Source of the DNA: an uncultured Gammaproteobacteria bacterium
GTDB lineage: Bacteria; Patescibacteriota; Patescibacteriia; Patescibacteriales; WJLG01
NCBI GenBank assembly: GCA_964602485.1
Contig: CAZRQU010000004.1
Location: 946 to 63,587 of the forward strand
Length of the DNA stretch: 62,642 bases
Reading direction: 5' to 3'
Below the pieces are notes generated by a model, which was given only the letters and a program-made list of their open reading frames with translations, did no database searches and was not told where the DNA came from. Shown in pieces: positions 17,840-24,844 of this stretch (position 1 is the stretch's first letter; each line of letters opens with the position of its first letter). The position numbers were made by a program, and so were the translations under genes.

Positions 17840-18598
17840 ATGAAAAAAATAACCGCGCTAGTCGCAATAATTTTCATTATACTAATAGTAGTTTTTACTA
17901 CCAACTTTGAATATGGTAGTTCTTTGGCGAACTTTCAGGACGAGCTGTTTGAAAAATACAATTCTGGCGAGGAGATAACTGAACAAGAGGTTAAACGCCT
18001 GGAATCTAATCAGTGGGTCACTCTGTCTTACTTTTTAGCTCCGAGCAATTTGGTTGTTAGGCATTATGCTCTTGCTGACCTGGCACGAGGTGAGAAGAAG
18101 AACGAAGAGAAGATAAATAAACTGCTTGAGAAAATGGCTCCGGCCTCGGTTTGGCTGGAGGGCTATAGCTATTGGCTTTACGCCAAGCCTTTTTTACAAA
18201 AATACGCCGATCAATTTGAAGCACAAGATATTCAAGATCGTATTTGTGCCATGGATACTATTTTTACAAGAACCGCTTATTTGCGAGATGGTAAATTATA
18301 TCCGGCGCCTTTTGGTGATCTGCGTGATGTGCCCTTGGAAGAATCTTTGCAAACCGGCACGACAACATCTGAAGTAAGTACTTTAGTAATTACTAAAGAG
18401 AATGACACCTATTATATCAAACCGGCACCGTTAGGTTTTAATATGCATACGCCAGAAAAAGAAATGGAGATAAAAATAGTGGATGGGGTGCCGGAGAACT
18501 TTGAATTCTATGAAGGTTATGACAAGAAGTATAAGAATGCCTTTGAGGAATTTATTGATATGCTGGATACAAAAAGAATACTTTCTATTTTTAAATAA
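17840..18598 (+). CDS. Hypothetical membrane-anchored/secreted protein (252 aa)
   Basis: N-terminal hydrophobic helix. WLEGYSYWLYAKPF is faintly reminiscent of heparinase II/III-type proteins, which is too weak to call. Confidence 0.45.
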   Translation: MKKITALVAIIFIILIVVFTTNFEYGSSLANFQDELFEKYNSGEEITEQEVKRLESNQWVTLSYFLAPSNLVVRHYALADLARGEKKNEEKINKLLEKMAPASVWLEGYSYWLYAKPFLQKYADQFEAQDIQDRICAMDTIFTRTAYLRDGKLYPAPFGDLRDVPLEESLQTGTTTSEVSTLVITKENDTYYIKPAPLGFNMHTPEKEMEIKIVDGVPENFEFYEGYDKKYKNAFEEFIDMLDTKRILSIFK

Positions 18599-18631
18599 AA
18601 GAGTTAGATAACAAATAATATATTGGTAAGG

Positions 18632-18685
18632 GGGTCAGGTCTGCCTGCCTGCCGGAAGGGAATTGTGAATATTATAAAAAGCAGA
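18632..18685 (+). repeat. REP-like element, copy D (5' half only)
   Basis: gggtcaggtctgcctgcctgccggaagggaattgtgaatattataaaaagc aligns with the first half of copy B and lacks the ccgcagtc hairpin. Confidence 0.55.
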
Positions 18686-19018
18686 ATGAAAATAGATAAG
18701 TTTAATATAATATTACCAGTTTTGCTTTTTGTATTTTTGATAGTTAGCACTGTCTTTTTTTATCCAATATTTTTTGAGATATACATTTGCTTCTTTAAGG
18801 AAAGGATTACTTCAGATCATTGCGCTTATGCTTATTCAGATATCAAACTTGTAATATTCGACTATATTTTTTCAATAGCCTGGTTTTCATCTTTGGTTTA
18901 TTTGGTCCGATCTTTTTTTATTAGGTTCAAAAGAGATAAATTTATTTTATTGGGGGCGCTTGTTGGTGTTATAGCTTTTTTATTGTTATACTTTTTGATA
19001 ATGAACTATTATGGATAA
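18686..19018 (+). CDS. Hypothetical membrane protein (110 aa)
   Basis: Start moved to ATG 18686 (MKIDKFNIILPVLLF), excluding the repeat-derived extension. 3-4 hydrophobic helices. Confidence 0.45.
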   Translation: MKIDKFNIILPVLLFVFLIVSTVFFYPIFFEIYICFFKERITSDHCAYAYSDIKLVIFDYIFSIAWFSSLVYLVRSFFIRFKRDKFILLGALVGVIAFLLLYFLIMNYYG

Positions 19019-19598
19019 TATATATTTCGTAAATGAAAAAAATAATAAAGATAGCAAGATAAAAGATATATCTCTTGTTGGGTTGAATTTGGAAGATGTT
19101 TCTTTTGATGCTTGCAAGCTTGTTAACATAAGTGTTTTGGAATCAACTTTGGATGTTTTTGAGTTTTTGGATTCTCAGATGGAGCGATGTAATTTTTCCA
19201 ATTCTAAACTTGAAAAGTGTTATTTTAAAAAATGTTTAGTTTTATCAACCAAGGCCACCGGAGTAAATTTCTCCGAAGGGGAATTTAAAGATGTTGAATT
19301 TAAGAATTGCAAAATAGACTTAGCAGATCTTTATAAAGCAAAGATAAAAAATGTTCGCTTTAATAACTGTGTTCTTGATAATGCGAATTTTCAAGGAGCT
19401 AACTTGAATAATGTTTCTTTTATTAACTCAAGCCTTTTAAACCTTGATCTTTCTCAGGCAGAATTGAAAAATGTAGACCTTAGAGGCTCTAATATAAATG
19501 GCATTAGGATAGAGGTTAATAATTTTAAACATTTAACTATAGATTCTTCGCAAACCTTATATTTTGCCGCCCTGCTCGGCTTGAATGTAAAAGAATAA
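19011..19598 (+). CDS. Pentapeptide-repeat protein
   Basis: Long run of five-residue repeats (ANFQGANLNNVSFINSSLLNLDLSQAELKNVDLRGSNING). Confidence 0.8.
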   Translation: MDNIYFVNEKNNKDSKIKDISLVGLNLEDVSFDACKLVNISVLESTLDVFEFLDSQMERCNFSNSKLEKCYFKKCLVLSTKATGVNFSEGEFKDVEFKNCKIDLADLYKAKIKNVRFNNCVLDNANFQGANLNNVSFINSSLLNLDLSQAELKNVDLRGSNINGIRIEVNNFKHLTIDSSQTLYFAALLGLNVKE

Positions 19599-19617
19599 AA
19601 AATATTGAATAAAATTT

Positions 19618-20034
19618 ATGGGAATGAAAAAAGATATTATTAGACCATTAGCTTTGGCTGTTATTAGAAAAGGAAATAAAGTGTTGGTGTTTCCGGGCTA
19701 TGATCATGTTAAAGAGGAAAAATTCTATCGTTTGCTCGGAGGCGGGATCGATTTTGGAGAAACTTCTCTCAAGGCCGTGAAAAGAGAGATCAAGGAGGAG
19801 TTGGCAGCGGAATTGAAGGATATTCGCCTTGAAAAAGTAGTTGAGAATATATTTGAGTATAATGGGGACAAGGGACATGAGATATGTTTTGTTTATGAGG
19901 CGGAATTTGCTGATAGCTTTAATTATGACAAAGAAGAATTTGATATTTTGGATACCCCCGGCGAAGAAAAAGCAATTTGGCTTGATATCAATGAAGGACA
20001 AGCAAAAAGGATATATCCTGAGAATTGTTTATAA
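19618..20034 (+). CDS. NUDIX hydrolase
   Basis: Nudix box GGGIDFGETSLKAVKREIKEELAAE. Confidence 0.85.
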   Translation: MGMKKDIIRPLALAVIRKGNKVLVFPGYDHVKEEKFYRLLGGGIDFGETSLKAVKREIKEELAAELKDIRLEKVVENIFEYNGDKGHEICFVYEAEFADSFNYDKEEFDILDTPGEEKAIWLDINEGQAKRIYPENCL

Positions 20035-20041
20035 AAACATT

Positions 20042-20680
20042 ATGAAAGAAGACATTAGAGGTAAAATAAAAGATTACAAAGAATATTTTTATCAAGTATT
20101 CTCTTTACAGAAAGGCTTGCATTTATTCTTTCCGTTTTTTGGAATTATCTATTGGTTGATTTTGAATTTCTTGTATACCTTCTTTTTTGATATGCATTGC
20201 GGAAATTTTTTTTGTTATGAACTTTTTGTTATTTTGCCCTCTTTTTTTGCAAGCCTTTTGATGTTTCTTTTTTTATATCAAGCGGGAGAATTTTTTTATA
20301 ACAAAGTATTGGATGGTTTTTTTTCTAATTCGGTCGAGTTTCGTTTGGCTAACATTTATTATATTATCATTAGTCTTATTTCTTTTTGCATAATAGCTTA
20401 TATATTCGGCTTGCTTGTAGAAAAAGCTTTCAGTCGAAAATGGGCTCGATGGGTTTTGCTCAGCTTGTTTATCCTTCTTTTTTTGTTTTTATTATCAATA
20501 TCTAAAGAAACAGAAATATTTTTATTATTATCACCCTTTCCAATTTGGCCTCTTTTTATTGTTTTGCGATATTTTGTTAAAAAAGGTAAAATGATCAAAG
20601 CATCTTTTATTGTTAGTTCTTTACTCTTGTTTTTGATGATAGCGCTTTTTATTTTTTCACCAATAATTTTTTATAATTAG
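20042..20680 (+). CDS. Hypothetical multi-pass membrane protein (212 aa)
   Basis: Start placed at ATG 20042 (MKEDIRGKIKDYKEY). The track's 19841 start would overlap the NUDIX gene out of frame. Confidence 0.55.
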   Translation: MKEDIRGKIKDYKEYFYQVFSLQKGLHLFFPFFGIIYWLILNFLYTFFFDMHCGNFFCYELFVILPSFFASLLMFLFLYQAGEFFYNKVLDGFFSNSVEFRLANIYYIIISLISFCIIAYIFGLLVEKAFSRKWARWVLLSLFILLFLFLLSISKETEIFLLLSPFPIWPLFIVLRYFVKKGKMIKASFIVSSLLLFLMIALFIFSPIIFYN

Positions 20681-20706
20681 TATCGTAAACATTTTATTGT
20701 TACAGT

Positions 20707-21312
20707 ATGGCAAAAAAACAAATAATATTCATCCATGGTGGGATGACATTCAAGAACAAAAAGGAATATATCAATTATCTTAAAACAAGAGATATAAAAC
20801 TTCATAAATTCGAACGTTGGCATAGTGGATTCTTGGATAAGAAGCTGGGCAAGGAATTTGATATAATAAGACCGAGAATGCCCTTGGCTGACAATGCCAA
20901 ATACGAAGAATGGAAAATAAACTTCGAACGGTACATCCCCTTACTTAAGAGTGGCGTGATACTGATAGGTGAGTCTTTGGGGGCCACCTTTCTGGCTAAG
21001 TATCTTTCGGAAAACAGGTTTCCTAAAAAGATAAAAAAAGTTTTTTTAGTGGCCCCGCCATTTGATAATTCTTTGAAAGGAGAAGCTTTGGTCGGTGGGT
21101 TCAAGTTGAAGGGCGATCTGGCTTTGATAATAAAGAATTGCAAGGATGTTAATTTACTTTTTTCTACTACCGATGATTGCGTACCCCTGGAGCATGCCTA
21201 TAAATATAAACAGAAATTACCAGAAGCTAATTTTGAAATATATGACCATGTTCAGGGGCACTTCAAGGTTTCTGAGTTGCCAGAGATAGTGAAGATGATA
21301 AAAGAGGTCTAA
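20707..21312 (+). CDS. Alpha/beta-fold serine hydrolase (YdeN/RBBP9-like)
   Basis: IIFIHGG, nucleophile elbow GESLGA, then TTDDCVP (Asp) and VQGHF (His). About 200 aa, as in the small Ser_hydrolase family. Confidence 0.7.
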   Translation: MAKKQIIFIHGGMTFKNKKEYINYLKTRDIKLHKFERWHSGFLDKKLGKEFDIIRPRMPLADNAKYEEWKINFERYIPLLKSGVILIGESLGATFLAKYLSENRFPKKIKKVFLVAPPFDNSLKGEALVGGFKLKGDLALIIKNCKDVNLLFSTTDDCVPLEHAYKYKQKLPEANFEIYDHVQGHFKVSELPEIVKMIKEV

Positions 21313-21395
21313 AGAACGAGAAGGTAGGAAATAGATCAATAAGATTATCTAGATACAACCTGTGATAATGAGTTTTGTATAGCTTGTTTTTAGGA

Positions 21396-21626
21396 TTGTA
21401 TTTTTGAATATTTCTGGTATAATACATTTATATGATAATAAGCAATAGATCAAACCAGAATTTGATGAAGACCGTCAATACGGCCATTTTTGCTTATACT
21501 ACCACTACCAAGAAGAACAATACCAAGGATGATGATACGTCCGGGAGTGGTTTCATATGCAAAACATAGGAGATAGATCCAAATAGACATAAAAGAAACC
21601 GCTTCCAAAAAAGGAGGCGGTTTTTT
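21396..21626 (+). promoter_or_regulatory. Promoter + leaderless 45-aa leader ORF (21432-21569) + terminator/antiterminator: putative attenuator
   Basis: ttgtat-N16-TGgTATAAT (-10 at 21418-21423), with the ATG 8 nt later. Peptide: MIISNRSNQNLMKTVNTAIFAYTTTTKKNNTKDDDTSGSGFICKT. Segment 21544-21554 (ggagtggtttc, inside the ORF) can pair with 21595-21606. That region is also the left arm of the terminator aaccgcttcc/ggaggcggtt + T6 (21597-21626). Confidence 0.45.
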
Positions 21627-21680
21627 AAAAGATCGGAACTATAGTTAATGTACCTTTAAATATGAAAGGGAGGAAAGAAA

Positions 21681-23444
21681 ATGTCTTTCAACCAAGCTAA
21701 TTTCGTTGGCCGAAAATGTGTCATGAGAACGGGGAGCGGTATTTGCAGGACGCCTGACGACCTTTTGGAAAGCCCTTTGTTGGCCAAGGTCGTGGGTAAA
21801 TTCGTTCGGCATCTGCGTGAACGCGAGTCAAGGCTTTTGTCAGTTTTTGGCGCGGTGGGAGCGGATGGTGATGGGATCGGCAGGCTGATCAAGGTCTTTC
21901 AGGCCTTGGATCAGACGCCGATCGAAGAGGTCGTTTCCGAGCATCCGGAAATGAGAGAATTTTTGCAGGATCCGGAGCTACTCAATGATCTTGTGGAACA
22001 TCTTTATAACTACTGGCGCAGTTTTGAAAGATTTTTGGTCTGCGATTCGAAGGAGGGAGATCCCGGAAAGAGTCCTTATCGGATCTTTGCTGATACGGTT
22101 GAACAGCTTGACCACTTGGTGCGGGCTGTTTATCGGGATGTTCAAAGGAATATCATCGGCAGGGGTTGCAAGGTGTATCGCCAAGTTTGCGCCAGCGCTC
22201 AGGTGGGATTGATCGCTGAGCCAAAGGATTGGCCTTGTCCGGATGGCCCTTATGCGGTTCTTCGAGAGGTTCTGATGATCAGGCAGATACTTTTGAATCC
22301 GCCCTTGATCATTGATCCGTCAATGAACAAACGGACCGGGCAATTCACTCGAGTGAGCACCAATCCTTTGGAAGGTTTGAACATTGAAGAAGACAAATGG
22401 CTTTGCTATCCGGCCAAAGTCGGAGAGCTTTTGATCCATGTCTTTTTCAACCAGAGCGTCATTGACTTGGGTTGTTCTTTGGCCAATTTATTCGAACTGG
22501 CAGATGAAGAGGATCTTGCAAAAGCGCCGGATGCGGTTTACGTTTTCGGGGCTTCGGGAGATGATCTGGCCAGGTACGGTTCATTGCCAACGGTCTTTTT
22601 CGATGACGAGGAGAACGATCTATTGGTGGCAGCTGTGCCGGGCGATCCTCAATTCGGATACTTCGGGTATCTGAAGAAGATGATCCTTACTCTGCACAAT
22701 GTGGTTATGATGAAGCGCGGGCATATGCCTTATCACGGAGCAATGGTCAACATTACTCTAAAGAATGGAAGTTCGGCCACGGTTCTATTGATCGGCGATA
22801 CCGGTGCCGGCAAATCCGAGACCCTGGAAGCCTTTCGTGTTTTGAGTGAGGAACATATTCGGGATATGACTATCATTGCCGATGATATGGGATCGCTCAA
22901 AATAGATAAGGAAAGGGGCTTGCTTGGCTACGGCACGGAGATCGGAGCCTTTGCTCGCTTGGATGATCTGCCACGCTCTTTTGCTCTTGAGCAAATTGAT
23001 CGGGCGATCGTGATGAGTGCTCACAAGACGAATGCCAGAGTGGTATTGCCAGTGACGACATTGGCCAACATTCTCAAAGGTTGGAGGGTGGACTTCATCT
23101 TCTATGCTAATAATTACGAGGACATTGGCGATAGTCGCCCGATAATAGAGCGCTTTGATTCGGCCGAGACTGCCTTAAAGGTCTTTTCCGAAGGCAAGGT
23201 GATGGCCAAAGGGACTACGACCGACACTGGTGTTGTTAGTAAGTATTGGGCAAATATTTTCGGAGCGCCGCAATACCGAGAACTGCACGACGAGCTGGCT
23301 GAAAAGCATCTTGAAGCCGCTTTTCAAGAAGGTATCTTTATGGGTCAGATCAGAACCAGGCTGGGTCTTGCCGGCTGGGAAATGAAAGGGCCGGAAGAAA
23401 CAGCCAAGGCTATGTTAGACATTATTTCTAAACAAAAGGATTAG
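21681..23444 (+). CDS. Uncharacterised protein with C-terminal HPr-kinase/ATP-PEPCK-like P-loop domain (587 aa)
   Basis: GGGAGG RBS. P-loop LLIGDTGAGKSETLEAF followed by IIADDMGSL and GTEIGAFARL, in the order seen in HprK (GDSGxGKSE..ADD..EIRG) and ATP-PEPCK folds. The N-terminal ~350 aa have no motif I recognise. Confidence 0.55.
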   Translation: MSFNQANFVGRKCVMRTGSGICRTPDDLLESPLLAKVVGKFVRHLRERESRLLSVFGAVGADGDGIGRLIKVFQALDQTPIEEVVSEHPEMREFLQDPELLNDLVEHLYNYWRSFERFLVCDSKEGDPGKSPYRIFADTVEQLDHLVRAVYRDVQRNIIGRGCKVYRQVCASAQVGLIAEPKDWPCPDGPYAVLREVLMIRQILLNPPLIIDPSMNKRTGQFTRVSTNPLEGLNIEEDKWLCYPAKVGELLIHVFFNQSVIDLGCSLANLFELADEEDLAKAPDAVYVFGASGDDLARYGSLPTVFFDDEENDLLVAAVPGDPQFGYFGYLKKMILTLHNVVMMKRGHMPYHGAMVNITLKNGSSATVLLIGDTGAGKSETLEAFRVLSEEHIRDMTIIADDMGSLKIDKERGLLGYGTEIGAFARLDDLPRSFALEQIDRAIVMSAHKTNARVVLPVTTLANILKGWRVDFIFYANNYEDIGDSRPIIERFDSAETALKVFSEGKVMAKGTTTDTGVVSKYWANIFGAPQYRELHDELAEKHLEAAFQEGIFMGQIRTRLGLAGWEMKGPEETAKAMLDIISKQKD

Positions 23445-23466
23445 AAAGAACATCCTTTTGATGAAC

Positions 23467-23509
23467 AAAAGGCCTTTTCCCGGGAGACATCCTATGGAAA
23501 AGGCCTTTT
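23467..23509. terminator. Bidirectional intrinsic terminator
   Basis: Perfect 14-bp stem aaaaggccttttcc / ggaaaaggcctttt flanked by A/T runs, between convergent genes. Confidence 0.8.
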
Positions 23510-23531
23510 TATATTTTCGATATCCAGATAA

Positions 23532-24719
23532 TTATTCAAATAATTCAGCCTTGATGGCTATCAGTTTGTCATCTCCTTCGTTCAAGCTGCCGCGTCCGTC
23601 TTGATTGCTGGTGGTGATGTATATCCGGCCGTCCGGTCCTTGGCGAATAGCTCTTAAGCGTCCAAGATCCTGGCGGAAGTTCATTTTAAGTTCGGTTAAA
23701 CTTTCCTCTTCGATGTTAGCTTCGTAGATAGCTTCGCCCCGAAGTCCAGCGAAGAGCAGCTTATTACCTATGATTTCAGCTCCAGCCGGCGCCCAGGTGT
23801 CGTCCCGGCCTGATTGAATAACCGGTCCGGTCGTACCTTGAATTACTTTCTCGCCCCGACTTTCCGGCCAGCCGTAATTGGCGCCCGGTTTTATCAAGTT
23901 GATCTCATCTTGTCCGGAGTCGGTAACCGACGGCCCGTGTTCTGCAGACCAGAGACGACCTTGATCATCCCAGGCTAAACCTTGAGGGTTGCGGTGACCG
24001 TAGGAGTAAACAGCATTGCCAAAGGGATTATCGTTCGGTACTGAACCATCGTCATTAATTCTAAGTATCTTTCCGGCTAAAGAGTCTTTATTTTGCGCTA
24101 ATTGTTCATTGGTGGCGTCGCCGGTTGTAATGTAAAGATATCCATCGGGGCCAAATTCTATTCGTCCGCCATCATGGTATTTGGCACCCGGGATATTATC
24201 CAGTATGACCATTTTATCTTCAAGTTCGTTCTTTTCTTCATTGAAGCGGTATCTTTCTACTCTATTAATAAGACCATTCTCGATCTCGGCGGTTAGGTAA
24301 AGGTAGAGGTATCCATTTTTCGGATAATTGGGATGTAAAGCCATCCCCAGCAGTCCGCCTTCACCAATATGTTTAACCCCTTCTATCTTTATTTTTTTCT
24401 CGGCATCATCTTTGATGCGCAATAGGTCGCCAGACCTTTCCGTAACCAGTATGTCGCCTCCCGGCAAGAAAGCTATTTCCCAAGGAATGTTTAGATCTTG
24501 GGCGATCACTTCCATATTCGGTTCATCATTTGATGTTTCATCCTCCTTTTGTTTGTTTTCTCCTTTAGGTCTTTCTAGGTTTTTGAGTTGCAAACCGGAT
24601 CCTATTTCAGTTTTGGTGGGTGAGAAGAACAAAGAGTATAAGCGGTCTTTGAAGTAGTATCCACTAGCCACGAGGACAGCGATAACTACTATCGGTATTA
24701 GGATGTTTATTTTTTTCAT
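23532..24719 (-). CDS. PQQ-dependent soluble sugar (glucose/sorbosone) dehydrogenase, membrane-anchored
   Basis: PWEIAFLPGGDILVTERSG, GLLGMALHPNY, HDGGRIEFGPDGYLYITTGD, GHRNPQGLAWD, EHGP..DEIN. N-terminal hydrophobic anchor. Confidence 0.85.
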   Translation of the reverse strand: MKKINILIPIVVIAVLVASGYYFKDRLYSLFFSPTKTEIGSGLQLKNLERPKGENKQKEDETSNDEPNMEVIAQDLNIPWEIAFLPGGDILVTERSGDLLRIKDDAEKKIKIEGVKHIGEGGLLGMALHPNYPKNGYLYLYLTAEIENGLINRVERYRFNEEKNELEDKMVILDNIPGAKYHDGGRIEFGPDGYLYITTGDATNEQLAQNKDSLAGKILRINDDGSVPNDNPFGNAVYSYGHRNPQGLAWDDQGRLWSAEHGPSVTDSGQDEINLIKPGANYGWPESRGEKVIQGTTGPVIQSGRDDTWAPAGAEIIGNKLLFAGLRGEAIYEANIEEESLTELKMNFRQDLGRLRAIRQGPDGRIYITTSNQDGRGSLNEGDDKLIAIKAELFE

Positions 24720-24844
24720 ATTATATCTTTAATATTGATCATATATTTAGTTTAACATCATTTGACAATTATTTGTAATTATCGTAATATTTTTTTACTG
24801 TTTTTTGAAAGCTCATTTATATTTTATCGTTAAGGAGGCAAAGT

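Noticed and set aside
19841-20041. 5' part of the 279-aa ORF overlapping the NUDIX gene
   Set aside because: It is out of frame with, and overlaps, a well-supported gene. The hydrophobic protein starts sensibly at ATG 20042.
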